Below, in pieces: positions 12,038-21,530 of a stretch of DNA of 64,000 bases. Source of the DNA: a virus. Each line of letters starts with the position of its first letter. Within the stretch, counting starts at the first letter, position 1. The position numbers and the translations under genes are program-made. The notes beneath the pieces were generated by a model. It had not been told where the DNA came from, made no database searches, and saw only the letters and a program-made list of their open reading frames with translations. The stretch spans positions 32,001 through 96,000 of the IMG/VR virus record IMGVR_UViG_3300046314_000148. The stretch is one strand, 5' to 3'.

Positions 12038-12893
12038 TCTTCCTATAGCAATCATAGTCGTGGGCTATAAGGATAAGGGCATCCTAGATTTTGTAAAGCA
12101 CCTAAAGAGCGTTACTAGTTCTAAAAATATGGTGCTTGTCACCGATCAGCACCCACTAAAACACAAAGACGAGTTCTCGTCAGTAGATATGTGTAGCTAT
12201 GATCACGTTATCTGGGACTCAATAGATGGCCCAGCCAAGCATAGGTCAGAGAAGATATCTGATGCCGTATCATACGCAGATTATATCTGTATAGTTAGTC
12301 CAGACATATCCCTAAAGTATGGCTGGGACCTAGAATTGATCCATAAGATAGGCTCTGAACGCATAGTTCTATCTGGATCTGGAAGTATTTCTGTATCTAA
12401 CAAGGATATATTCTCGTTGTCACCCACATATACAGAATCTGAAGAATACAATACTACACAGTTTATAGATAGAAATTTCATATTTACAAAATCAGATGCA
12501 TTTTCAAAAATAGTCTTGCCAGACTTTCTTAAATATGACGGCGAGAATGAGTACCTGTCTCTAGCCATGCTATCAGCAGGATATGATATCGTCTCCGTAC
12601 CATCTGAAATCTATTCAGATTCACACATACGGTCCGTAGAGAATACCTACCATACCTTCTCGACAGAACACAACTACAACATCGTAGTGGATCTACTCAG
12701 CGGACTGGGGCTGACCGACTACGGAGTATCAGAAGAGGCACTATCAAAATTCTTAGACTTTCATGGCCTAGAGCTGGCTCCAGTTAAGAGGCTTCCTTAC
12801 TCGACAAATGATGTTATCTATGATCCATACAAGCTAAAGATGCATGGAGTCGATGCTCGCAGGTTCATTGCTGGCACAAAAGCAGTTTACTGA
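12030..12893 (+). CDS. GT-A fold glycosyltransferase, divergent GT60/GT2-like
   Basis: N-terminal IIVVGYKD, WD motif, GENEYLSL...GYDI resembling 22080..23018. Confidence 0.5.
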   Translation: MTNLPIAIIVVGYKDKGILDFVKHLKSVTSSKNMVLVTDQHPLKHKDEFSSVDMCSYDHVIWDSIDGPAKHRSEKISDAVSYADYICIVSPDISLKYGWDLELIHKIGSERIVLSGSGSISVSNKDIFSLSPTYTESEEYNTTQFIDRNFIFTKSDAFSKIVLPDFLKYDGENEYLSLAMLSAGYDIVSVPSEIYSDSHIRSVENTYHTFSTEHNYNIVVDLLSGLGLTDYGVSEEALSKFLDFHGLELAPVKRLPYSTNDVIYDPYKLKMHGVDARRFIAGTKAVY

Positions 12894-12905
12894 TATAATA
12901 TTATT

Positions 12906-13505
12906 ATGCATAGAATAACCGTGATCGATAACTTTATTAGTCCAGAGGATGCAGCCATCCTAATGGAAGAGCAGGACAGGCCATCTGAGAGAAATCCCTA
13001 TCCAGAATATTATGCCAAAAGATTTGGTGGTACAGCCTTCCCTTATAATCAGCGTGTCATGGACATCCTGATAAAGTATGGACTGCTTTCAAACGATGTT
13101 CACAAAAAGGCTAATGGGTTTGTTAATCCAATATTTGTGTTTAAGAGCTTTGGCTCGGTATGGAAGCCAGTCAGCAAGGCTGGACTACACCTAGATGCCC
13201 AGGACCCAGAACCGTTTATTGAGTTCAGCACAATCATATACTTGAATAGCCCAGACGAATACGAGGGTGGGGTAATATATTTCCCAAACCAGGATTATGA
13301 ATATAAACCGAGACAATACTCTGCTGTTTTCTTTCCGTCAGCAGGCTCGGAATATATCCACGGAATAACATCAGTTACCAGTGGTACTAGAAGAACTGCT
13401 CTCTATATGCATACCAGTATCCCAGAGCATGCAGATCCAGATTTCCACTCGGCCGAGGAAACTGCAGTTTGGCAAGCTCAGACCCACCCAAACAACAAGA
13501 AGTAG
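12906..13505 (+). CDS. 2OG-Fe(II) oxygenase, prolyl-4-hydroxylase-like
   Basis: HxD (HLD), YLN...YEGG, HGITSV..GTR. Confidence 0.85.
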   Translation: MHRITVIDNFISPEDAAILMEEQDRPSERNPYPEYYAKRFGGTAFPYNQRVMDILIKYGLLSNDVHKKANGFVNPIFVFKSFGSVWKPVSKAGLHLDAQDPEPFIEFSTIIYLNSPDEYEGGVIYFPNQDYEYKPRQYSAVFFPSAGSEYIHGITSVTSGTRRTALYMHTSIPEHADPDFHSAEETAVWQAQTHPNNKK

Positions 13506-13512
13506 CCTAGAT

Positions 13513-14157
13513 ATGAATCACGAAATTCTTGATCTTGGCTTGGTGTACTATCGTGAAGTAATAGATAGTCCACAAACAATAATTGATTTAATCGAAGATG
13601 TTGATAGGCGGTTTAGGGCCAGTGAGCACGGAGCCAACGACACCATTGTGGCAGACTGGAAGCCTTGGACATACGATCACCTATTCTTTAATTATCAAAA
13701 GTTTTTCCCAGAGGCAGAGAATGTTCCAGCAAACGACTACTATGCAAAAGAGATGATAGAGATTGCAAATGCTCTATACCCGTCCCTGAATAAGGCATTT
13801 GATCACTACTCAAAGGTTGTCTATCCCTTCGCAGGAAGAAGTGTTAAGGCTAGAGAGTACAGCATCCATCTACTAAAATATGGAGTCGGTGGCCATCTCC
13901 CAGCTCACTCCGATCAGGGTATAAGTACTAGAGTTCTATCCTCAGTCATGTATCTGAACGATGACTACGAGGGTGGAGAGATCGAGTTTATAAATTCTGG
14001 GGTAAGGATTAAGCCGCAGGCTGGTAGCGTAATATTTTTTCCATCAAACTTCTTATATGTTCACGAGGTACATCCAATAACTGATGGCTTTAGGTATTCG
14101 ATGCCGCATTGGTATCACAATAGAAAAGATTTTATTGCATCAGACGGTACCGAGTAA
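13513..14157 (+). CDS. 2OG-Fe(II) oxygenase, prolyl-4-hydroxylase-like
   Basis: HSD, YLNDDYEGGEI, HEVHPITDGFRYS. Confidence 0.88.
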   Translation: MNHEILDLGLVYYREVIDSPQTIIDLIEDVDRRFRASEHGANDTIVADWKPWTYDHLFFNYQKFFPEAENVPANDYYAKEMIEIANALYPSLNKAFDHYSKVVYPFAGRSVKAREYSIHLLKYGVGGHLPAHSDQGISTRVLSSVMYLNDDYEGGEIEFINSGVRIKPQAGSVIFFPSNFLYVHEVHPITDGFRYSMPHWYHNRKDFIASDGTE

Positions 14158-14937
14158 CATCGGTTTAAAGTCTTTATAGACACTTCTCCACAGATCCGCA
14201 TAGATAGAGGCTGACTCGTCAGCCCAAGGCTTCTGATAGCCAGCAAAATGAACAATCAATGGGTCATCATATTCCTTAGCCATTAGCTTATTATTTCCAA
14301 TTATCCAGTCAAAGAAGTTAAAAGAGAATGGAAGTGGAGATAGGTGCTTAGCCAGAATGGCGTTTAGAGAGTCTTGTTCTGCAAATTGAGTGTCTGGGTT
14401 ATGTGTGATCCACTCGACTAGCTTATCTTCTATGCTGTTAGATCTCCAAAACTCTAAATCAGCTATAAATACACCAGAGTTAAAGCACGGGACATCAGAA
14501 TTATTAAATAAACGCTTGCTGTTATTGACAGTCTCCATTACCGCAAAGAATGTACCAGACCCAGAATAATCAAGTAGTGGCGAAATATCTCTAAGTATAA
14601 TTGTATCTGGGTCTATGTATATTGCAAAATCATATTCTGGGAAAAGTGAACCAATGAATATTCTTTGATAAGCATTGGGTGTAACGTGCTGAACCCCTCT
14701 GGCATACCCATCTTTGTCTAGCTTCAGAAACTTCTCAGATATCATAAACTTAATGCGTAGATTACCCTGAGCCACAGACATTCTATAGTCATCTTCTAGA
14801 TCCATGATTGATTCTGGAACTAGGCAGACGACATCTAGTGGGGCATCCCCATGGTAGTTCATACCCAATGACTTGATGGCTACACGAGAATACCCCATGT
14901 AGTTGCTGTCGAATGAGGTAACTACTACTTTTTTCAT
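14140..14937 (-). CDS. glycosyltransferase family 8 (paralogue of 9024..9869)
   Basis: IYIDPD, FNSGV, EQDSLN, IVHFAGYQKPW. Confidence 0.85.
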   Translation of the reverse strand: MKKVVVTSFDSNYMGYSRVAIKSLGMNYHGDAPLDVVCLVPESIMDLEDDYRMSVAQGNLRIKFMISEKFLKLDKDGYARGVQHVTPNAYQRIFIGSLFPEYDFAIYIDPDTIILRDISPLLDYSGSGTFFAVMETVNNSKRLFNNSDVPCFNSGVFIADLEFWRSNSIEDKLVEWITHNPDTQFAEQDSLNAILAKHLSPLPFSFNFFDWIIGNNKLMAKEYDDPLIVHFAGYQKPWADESASIYADLWRSVYKDFKPMLLGTV

Positions 14938-15035
14938 ACATCTATAATATCATGGTATGGTTTTGGTAAAAATTACTTTACTATTACCCCCCATTCTGAT
15001 ATAATTAAGCTAATATATAAAAGTAGGAGGCCACA

Positions 15036-15845
15036 ATGGCAAAAGCACAATTCCCAATAGACGGAAAGCTTGGAAAGGACTTTAAGGCAACTAGCCTTAT
15101 GGGTATGCGTATCCACCCAGTCACCAAGCAGAAGAAGCACCACAATGGTACCGACATCTGGTCACCACATGAGCCATGCTGGATCGAGGCACCTTACGAT
15201 GCAACAGTCCTAGAGGCAAAGAAGTCAACCTCCCCAGGCGGAGGGTTTGGAAACTATGTAATTCTTCTGCACAAGATTAATGGCAAGTTCTATACTACGC
15301 TTTATGCTCACATGCAGGATGGTTCGATAAAGGTTAAGAAGGGCCAGAAGATTACTGCTGGCACCCCACTTGGAAAGATGGGTACTACTGGCATGTCTAC
15401 TGGCAAGCACCTACACTGGGAGCTTCGTCTAGGCAAGGTCCACACTTGGGACGCAAACGGAAAGTTCTACATCGAGCCAATCGCATTCTTCAAGGCACTT
15501 ATTGCACAAGAGAAGATTATTGCAACCGCAGCAGACGTAGCAACAGATGACGATCCGATTGCAGAAGCACCAGAGCACAATGAAGCACAGGCAGCCAAGG
15601 TTGATGCAGTACTTGCAGAGAAGAAGGCAGTCGCAAAGCTTGTAAAGCCAGTCCTATCTGGTGAGCTAACCATTGGTTCAACTGGTGATGCTGTGAAGTA
15701 TCTTCAGGGCAAGCTTGGAGTTTCGGTAACTGGTGAATTTGATGAGGCAACTAAGCTTGCAGCAATTACATTCCAAAAGAAGCACAAGGAAATTACTAAG
15801 CCAGACGGCGTAGTGGGTCCACTATCTTGGAAGCTCTTGGGATAA
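15036..15845 (+). CDS. endolysin: M23 peptidase plus peptidoglycan-binding domain
   Basis: HxxxD (HNGTD), HLH, C-terminal DGVVGPLSW. Confidence 0.9.
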   Translation: MAKAQFPIDGKLGKDFKATSLMGMRIHPVTKQKKHHNGTDIWSPHEPCWIEAPYDATVLEAKKSTSPGGGFGNYVILLHKINGKFYTTLYAHMQDGSIKVKKGQKITAGTPLGKMGTTGMSTGKHLHWELRLGKVHTWDANGKFYIEPIAFFKALIAQEKIIATAADVATDDDPIAEAPEHNEAQAAKVDAVLAEKKAVAKLVKPVLSGELTIGSTGDAVKYLQGKLGVSVTGEFDEATKLAAITFQKKHKEITKPDGVVGPLSWKLLG

Positions 15846-16048
15846 TGTCAGACTCTAAGAAGAAAACTTTTCTAAAAACAATTAGCTGGGAGACGTTTCA
15901 CCTTGTGGGTGTAGCAGGAGTAATCTACCTGTTTACTGGCGAATGGGAGTATGCAACCTGGGGAGCTCTTCTCTATATTGCATGGGAAGCTGTCGGATAT
16001 TTTGTTCACGAGCGATTGTGGACAAAGTTTGGAAAGAAAGTTAAGTAA
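15845..16048 (+). CDS. DUF2061-like membrane protein
   Basis: KTISW...YFVHERLW. Confidence 0.7.
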   Translation: MSDSKKKTFLKTISWETFHLVGVAGVIYLFTGEWEYATWGALLYIAWEAVGYFVHERLWTKFGKKVK

Positions 16049-16224
16049 TGGCAACATATGAATATCAGTGCTTGGCATGTGAGACTAAGTTGTCTGTAAC
16101 TAGAAGCATATCTGATCCAGACCCTGGCTATTTCTGCGAGTCTTGTGGTAATAGGCTAAATAGGGTATACTCAATGAGTAACCCTGTTTTCAAGGGTAGT
16201 GGATTCTATAGAACGGATAAGTAG
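16048..16224 (+). CDS. FmdB-family zinc-ribbon protein (not in ORF track)
   Basis: MATYEYQCLAC...CESCG...FKGSGFYRTDK. Confidence 0.85.
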   Translation: MATYEYQCLACETKLSVTRSISDPDPGYFCESCGNRLNRVYSMSNPVFKGSGFYRTDK

Positions 16225-16457
16225 TGTCAGAGACAGTGGAGTGGGTACTCACTGCCAACGATCGTTGCGATAGTTGTGGAGCACAAGCGTATGTCCAGGT
16301 AACAGGAGTTACTGGAGACCTTGTGTTCTGCAACCATCACTATAACAAGATCATGGACAGTACCACGGGGTATGAAAAGATGATGAACTTTGCCTACAAC
16401 ATTCTTAACGAGAGAGAAAGACTTGTAGAGAATAGGTTAATAGGAAGCGACAGATGA
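16224..16457 (+). CDS. actinobacterial small Zn-finger protein (DUF7455-like)
   Basis: LTANDRCDSCGAQAYV...FCNHH. Confidence 0.7.
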   Translation: MSETVEWVLTANDRCDSCGAQAYVQVTGVTGDLVFCNHHYNKIMDSTTGYEKMMNFAYNILNERERLVENRLIGSDR

Positions 16458-17209
16458 TTATACAGATAATAGGACTACCAGGTAGTGGAAAGACCACCTT
16501 GGCTAAAGCTCTAAAGGAACGCACTAACGCTATCCACCTAAATGCAGACGAGGTACGTGCAGATATAAACTCTGACCTTGGATTTTCAGAGGCGGAAAGA
16601 GAAGAGCAGTCACGCAGACTGGGAGCAATGGCAAGGTTGTTGTCTAACCAGGGCTACGATGTGATTGTTGATTTTGTATGTCCTACTGCAGACACCAGAA
16701 CTGTTTTTGGTAGACCAGATATCCTTATTTGGATGAACACCATTAAGCAGGGAAGATTCCTAGATACAAACAAGTTGTGGCAAGATCCAGAGAATGCAGA
16801 CTACGTGTTCGAAGAGCAGATATCCGTAGATGACATGGCCTCTACAATCATAGAAGAGTTTGCACTTTTTGACTGGTCTGCACCAACGACACTAATGCTT
16901 GGAAGATACCAGCCATGGCACGAGGGCCACCAGATGCTCCGTGACCACGCTGCAGAACGAACAGATCAGATTCTAATTGGGGTTAGAAACACTTATAACA
17001 CTTCCGAAAAAGATCCATTGCCATACGACATGGTTGAAAAGCTTATTTATGATAAAAATTCTGGATATGTAAATCTTATTAAGAGGCTTCCAAACATTAC
17101 TAATATAGTTTACGGTCGTGATGTGGGGTACAAGATCGAGCAGATCGACTTGCCTGCTGAAATACAGGCCATCTCAGCTACTCAAAAACGTAAGGAGATG
17201 GGCATATGA
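16454..17209 (+). CDS. adenylylsulfate-kinase-like domain fused to HxGH nucleotidyltransferase domain
   Basis: P-loop GLPGSGKT with DLGFS..R (CysC-like); C-terminal GRYQPWHEGH. Confidence 0.8.
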   Translation: MIIQIIGLPGSGKTTLAKALKERTNAIHLNADEVRADINSDLGFSEAEREEQSRRLGAMARLLSNQGYDVIVDFVCPTADTRTVFGRPDILIWMNTIKQGRFLDTNKLWQDPENADYVFEEQISVDDMASTIIEEFALFDWSAPTTLMLGRYQPWHEGHQMLRDHAAERTDQILIGVRNTYNTSEKDPLPYDMVEKLIYDKNSGYVNLIKRLPNITNIVYGRDVGYKIEQIDLPAEIQAISATQKRKEMGI

Positions 17210-17415
17210 AAGAAACAAATAAAAGATCAATAGTCAAGGCGTTAACTTATAGATTTTGGCAAAGTCTAAACACATTCTTGATTTCTTTGGTTGTTACTGG
17301 TAAACTAGATATGGCTGCTGCTATTGTTAGTATTGAAGTTGTAGTAAAGATAGTTATTTACTTCTTCCATGAACGCATCTGGAGCAAAATTAAATGGGGT
17401 TTAAAAAATGTTTGA
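17206..17415 (+). CDS. DUF2061-like membrane protein
   Basis: RSIVKALTYR...YFFHERIW. Confidence 0.75.
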   Translation: MKETNKRSIVKALTYRFWQSLNTFLISLVVTGKLDMAAAIVSIEVVVKIVIYFFHERIWSKIKWGLKNV

Positions 17416-17812
17416 GTATTATGTAAAAGAAGTAACCAACGTAGTAGATGGAGATACCATTGACGTTGTAATCGATCTAGGGTTTGACATTAGCTTTAGT
17501 TCACGTGTTCGCCTGGCTGGTATTGATACCCCAGAGTCACGCACAACTGACAAGGCTGAGAAGGCCCTAGGCCTAGAGTCCAAGGAATATCTTAAGAAGG
17601 CCATCAAAGCTGCCAAGACTGTCGTAATCAAGACTGAGAAGATGGATTCCTCGGAGAAGTACGGTCGCATTCTTGGCTGGGTATATCTAGATGGATCTGG
17701 AAACTCTATCAATAACGAAATGATTGAGAAGGGCTACGCCTGGGGATACCTGGGTGACACCAAGGTAAAAGATTTTGATGCCCTAGCAAAGCAACGTGCA
17801 CTCCATAAGTAG
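17408..17812 (+). CDS. thermonuclease (SNase-like)
   Basis: VVDGDTID, RLAGIDTPE, KYGRILG. Confidence 0.9.
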   Translation: MFEYYVKEVTNVVDGDTIDVVIDLGFDISFSSRVRLAGIDTPESRTTDKAEKALGLESKEYLKKAIKAAKTVVIKTEKMDSSEKYGRILGWVYLDGSGNSINNEMIEKGYAWGYLGDTKVKDFDALAKQRALHK

Positions 17813-17824
17813 TATAATATATTT

Positions 17825-18262
17825 ATGGAATACGTTATAGGAGCAACGCTCACACTAATTACTGTTGCAGTCTGTAACATATTGCTTAGAAAAAATGTTT
17901 CTAGGTCTATAAAGGTAAACGTAAACTCTAGCCAGTCTAGAACATACCAGCTAATGAGACCATTAGTCTTCTTCGAAGACCTGCTTTCTTCTAAGCTAGA
18001 GCCGAGGATGCCAACACAAAGCAGTAGGCACCACGATAAGGTTCACGTCAAGGTTATCATTTCAGATACCGAAGCGTATTGGATTGCTAATAGTAAATTC
18101 TACGTTGCCGAGGTAAAAGACGAGATGATAGTTCAGGAAACAACCCGAGAGGTTGACACGATGGCCATGGATGATGTACAATTGAAAAAGATTATAGATA
18201 TCGTAGACATGTTAGGAGAAGAAAATGATCGTGGTAGTTCAGGGAACAAAGAGATTCGATGA
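17825..18262 (+). CDS. hypothetical protein with N-terminal TM anchor
   Basis: ORF with leaderless -10 upstream. Confidence 0.6.
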   Translation: MEYVIGATLTLITVAVCNILLRKNVSRSIKVNVNSSQSRTYQLMRPLVFFEDLLSSKLEPRMPTQSSRHHDKVHVKVIISDTEAYWIANSKFYVAEVKDEMIVQETTREVDTMAMDDVQLKKIIDIVDMLGEENDRGSSGNKEIR

Positions 18263-18575
18263 CTATTCAGTCTTCTTAACTGGCATGAGGTCTGCCCTAA
18301 TTAATCTAACAGACAATGATAAGTCATTCACAGTATTTAGTGCAGGACCAGCAAACATCAATGCTATGGCAATGGAGTTTGTGAATGTTACAGAGAGAAG
18401 CCTAAAGGCAAGAGGGATCAAGTCAAAGCTTGTCAAGGTTCCACCTAGCTGGATTGAAAATAATGTTGATGACATAGATCTGTTTGCATACTATGCATTG
18501 CCTAAAGAGCCAATTCCAGAGATGGTTACATCTGTAAGTAACAAAGGTGTAAACGTTCAGTTTTACAGATTTTAA
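18225..18575 (+). CDS. hypothetical protein (SLOG-like fold possible)
   Basis: IVVVQGTKRFDDY N-terminus. Confidence 0.5.
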   Translation: MIVVVQGTKRFDDYSVFLTGMRSALINLTDNDKSFTVFSAGPANINAMAMEFVNVTERSLKARGIKSKLVKVPPSWIENNVDDIDLFAYYALPKEPIPEMVTSVSNKGVNVQFYRF

Positions 18576-18650
18576 ATACTGACATAGAGGTATTTAAAAG
18601 TCCCGTAGATATTCGGGACACAAATAAACAAAATATAAGGAGAAGAGACG

Positions 18651-18863
18651 ATGAAAATCATTACGTCTCTAGAGCAAATGGACAAAATTGTCCGATCAGA
18701 AAAGTCTTTGCGTTGGAATGGCTGGGATGTAGAACATACAACCCCCAACCCAACTGCCTGGAGTAAGCCAAACGGTGTTTTTGTCAGGGGCAGATGGTAT
18801 GTGAAAGAAACATTTCCTATCACTGAGTCTGGGTGGGAGATCCCTGGCAAGTTTGTGAGGTAG
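18651..18863 (+). CDS. hypothetical protein
   Basis: RBS AAGGAG; Trp-rich small ORF. Confidence 0.65.
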   Translation: MKIITSLEQMDKIVRSEKSLRWNGWDVEHTTPNPTAWSKPNGVFVRGRWYVKETFPITESGWEIPGKFVR

Positions 18864-18866
18864 CTC

Positions 18867-19157
18867 ATGGACATATCCAGAGATAAGTGGAAAGACGATG
18901 CCAAGTGCATTAAGTTTGACACAAATCTATTCTTCGATACATATGAAGAAGACCCAGAAATCAGAGCCGATGTAGATGAGATGTGCTTTGGCTGCCCCGT
19001 AGCAAGAAAATGTTTTGCTATCGGTGTTTCTCAGAAATCCTGGGGAGTATGGGGTGGCATATACTTGGAGGATGGCGAAATATCTAAAGAGTTTAACAGA
19101 CACAAGACAAAGGCTCAGTGGGGTAACACTTGGCAAAAGCTAACCAATGATAGATAG
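18867..19157 (+). CDS. whiB: WhiB-family Fe-S transcription factor
   Basis: C-x25-CxxC-x5-C plus GVWGG turn. Confidence 0.9.
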   Translation: MDISRDKWKDDAKCIKFDTNLFFDTYEEDPEIRADVDEMCFGCPVARKCFAIGVSQKSWGVWGGIYLEDGEISKEFNRHKTKAQWGNTWQKLTNDR

Positions 19158-19162
19158 GATGA

Positions 19163-19402
19163 TTGATGTATACAGACGCAATGAAAGTAGCATTCCATTC
19201 TATTCCAGCACCTAAAAACTTTGGAGTTCGCCTAGAAGACAATGACACGTTCCTAACCATTAGGGCAAAAGAAGACGTATTTATGAGACTATACGATGAC
19301 GAAAAGCGTCAGGCTGTGGAGTACATGATTCGACTGAAGAAGGCCCTAGAGGATAACGGAGCCATTGTGCTCATCGTTCGAGAAGGTGGCAAAGAAGAAT
19401 GA
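19163..19402 (+). CDS. hypothetical protein
   Basis: ORF in co-directional operon. Confidence 0.6.
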   Translation: MMYTDAMKVAFHSIPAPKNFGVRLEDNDTFLTIRAKEDVFMRLYDDEKRQAVEYMIRLKKALEDNGAIVLIVREGGKEE

Positions 19403-19791
19403 TAAATTGGATAGATATTCTAGCCTTGATTCCGATGCTTGGATTAATATTTGTGGCATATCAGTATCTAGTCATAAAGAGACAAAACACGAATCTGGCA
19501 AAGATGTTTATGCAGTCTGAAGTAGACAAGAATCTACTTGGACAGCAGATCTTACAGATCAGAGAAGACAAGAGGCTGCTAGAGTCTGATGAGTTCATGA
19601 TGTTTTTAAACAATAGCCGTCAGGCAGCGTTTGACTACATCGAGGATGCACAGGCTGGAATTAAAAAGTTCGACGAGGATGTTCGTCTAATTCTTTTAGA
19701 AGAAAACTCATCTGCAGCCACGCTGGTAAAGATTCTAGAAGCTAATAAGCAGCTTCAAAAGCTATTGCCAGATAGTATAAATAAACAATAA
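19399..19791 (+). CDS. membrane-anchored coiled-coil protein
   Basis: N-terminal TM helix. Confidence 0.6.
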   Translation: MINWIDILALIPMLGLIFVAYQYLVIKRQNTNLAKMFMQSEVDKNLLGQQILQIREDKRLLESDEFMMFLNNSRQAAFDYIEDAQAGIKKFDEDVRLILLEENSSAATLVKILEANKQLQKLLPDSINKQ

Positions 19792-19801
19792 GGAGAAATA
19801 A

Positions 19802-20167
19802 ATGAATAAGCAACTAAAAGCAGCATCAGCATCGTACGCAAGATCAGTTCTTGCTGCAGCATCTGCCCTATACCTAGCTGGGGTAACTGACCCAGGACAG
19901 CTACTAAACGCACTAATCGCAGGTATCCTACCAGTAGCACTACGTGCATTAAACAAGAACGATCCAGCATTCGGTATAATCGAGAAGCTTGCACAGCCAC
20001 ACCTGGCAAAGCTATCGGATGGTGAGCCTGTAATCTCTAAGGAATATCTGGAGAAGAACAGGGAAGCCATCGAGAAGCTCGCTTCTGAATACCAGAAGGC
20101 TAGCAAGGCTCAGGCAGCTAAGGCAGCTGCTAAGCCAACCACTAAGCCAACACCGAAGAAGAAGTAA
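19802..20167 (+). CDS. holin-like membrane protein with Lys/Ala-rich tail
   Basis: SYARS...PVALRALN.ND.AFG; RBS AAGGAG. Confidence 0.55.
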   Translation: MNKQLKAASASYARSVLAAASALYLAGVTDPGQLLNALIAGILPVALRALNKNDPAFGIIEKLAQPHLAKLSDGEPVISKEYLEKNREAIEKLASEYQKASKAQAAKAAAKPTTKPTPKKK

Positions 20168-20182
20168 TTCTCTTAGTATAGA

Positions 20183-20214
20183 TAGGGGGGCCGCAGATGC
20201 GGTCCCTCTTTTCT
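20183..20214 (+). terminator. intrinsic terminator, probably bidirectional
   Basis: AGGGGGGCCGC-AGAT-GCGGTCCCTCT plus T-tract, between convergent genes. Confidence 0.65.
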
Positions 20215-20218
20215 TATG

Positions 20219-20929
20219 CTAGTATACTATCCTATTGTCCCAGGCATAGCTCCAGGAGATTCTACCAAGGTCGCTAGACGAAGTATCTGGCCTCTTGCTG
20301 AAGTCCTTAAAGTTCGCTACGTGAGCCCCATCGTAATGATACTCTAGGGTGGTCTTGCCAGACTTGAGATCATCTATTGTGGTAAATGAACTGCCCATCT
20401 CCCCAATCCCGATCCTCTCCGTAGCCTGAGTGAACACCCTGCCCATCTGAGCAGTGCCACCTATGTATGCTGGGTCCTTGCCATACTCTCTAGCGTTATA
20501 TATGTTAGATAAGTTTATTATGCACTCTAGAATTTCTGGTTGTCTCGGCAGAGAATATATAACAGCATTCTGGATAATGCTTTTGTATTTAAATATCTTT
20601 TTTAGGGCATTGTCTCTAAATACGATGATGTCTTTTTCTAAAGCTATCTTATCTATAAATCTAATTCCCAGGTCAGAGTAGATGCCTCCATGAACATACA
20701 GGATGCACAGCCTGGCAAGGTCTGCCTTGTAAGCGTATGGCTTAACTGCATTGTAGGCCGTAAGGACAGATGGCCCAAAGTTGCTACTAATCAGATCCTT
20801 TATCATTCGGTCATCCCATATTCGGATATCCACACCCTGGGTGCTGGCAAAGGCCCCGATCTCATCTGAATATGTATCTAGATAAACATCTCGCATGGTT
20901 CCAAGGTATATAAGATGTCCTAGATTCAT
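20219..20929 (-). CDS. glycosyltransferase family 32 (OCH1-like)
   Basis: AYKADLARLCILYVHGGIYSD. Confidence 0.8.
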   Translation of the reverse strand: MNLGHLIYLGTMRDVYLDTYSDEIGAFASTQGVDIRIWDDRMIKDLISSNFGPSVLTAYNAVKPYAYKADLARLCILYVHGGIYSDLGIRFIDKIALEKDIIVFRDNALKKIFKYKSIIQNAVIYSLPRQPEILECIINLSNIYNAREYGKDPAYIGGTAQMGRVFTQATERIGIGEMGSSFTTIDDLKSGKTTLEYHYDGAHVANFKDFSKRPDTSSSDLGRISWSYAWDNRIVY

Positions 20930-20965
20930 GACTAAAGTATATCATAATGGTGATATACTAATACT

Positions 20966-21052
20966 GTCCCCCACATGGGCCTACGCTTAGGATGGATTAG
21001 TTACCTATTTATAAGACCGTGGCCATCGTGCTTGAATTGCCCGTGTGGGGGC
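20966..21052 (+). ncRNA. candidate stand-alone structured RNA (~87 nt)
   Basis: Own extended -10 (TGATATACT 20951-20959); 13-bp terminal stem 20968-20980/21039-21051; inner GATGG/CCATC stem. Confidence 0.5.
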
Positions 21053-21071
21053 TTTATGGTATACTTTTCAT

Positions 21072-21530
21072 ATGGAACAATTACTTATTCAGCTCAAGCA
21101 GCTACTGGCAGACAACATTGCCCTTGCATTTAAGGCACAGGGATACCACTGGAACGTAGAGAGCGACGATTTCCCACAGTTGCACGAATTCTTCGGAAAA
21201 ATATATGAAAACTTTGGTGGTGCAACAGACGGCTATGCAGAGTGGATGCGTATGCTTAAGGTCTACGCACCATATCGCCTAGTTGACTTCTTTGACCAGA
21301 CAACCGTAGGTGAGCCATATATTATCGGGGAGCCAGAGCCAATGCTCGCTGACCTATACACATCAATTGAAAAGCACATTGCAGATCTTGTCGTCGCAGG
21401 AAAGCTAGCTAACACATCTAGCGAATTCGGACTAGCAAACTTCTTTGCCGAGCGTCAGACAGCTTCTCAGAAGCTTTGCTGGCAACTACGTGCATCTATC
21501 GAGATAGAGGAACCAGACACCAATGAATAA
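21072..21530 (+). CDS. Dps/ferritin-like protein
   Basis: YHWNV...LHEFF..IYE; leaderless start. Confidence 0.85.
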   Translation: MEQLLIQLKQLLADNIALAFKAQGYHWNVESDDFPQLHEFFGKIYENFGGATDGYAEWMRMLKVYAPYRLVDFFDQTTVGEPYIIGEPEPMLADLYTSIEKHIADLVVAGKLANTSSEFGLANFFAERQTASQKLCWQLRASIEIEEPDTNE

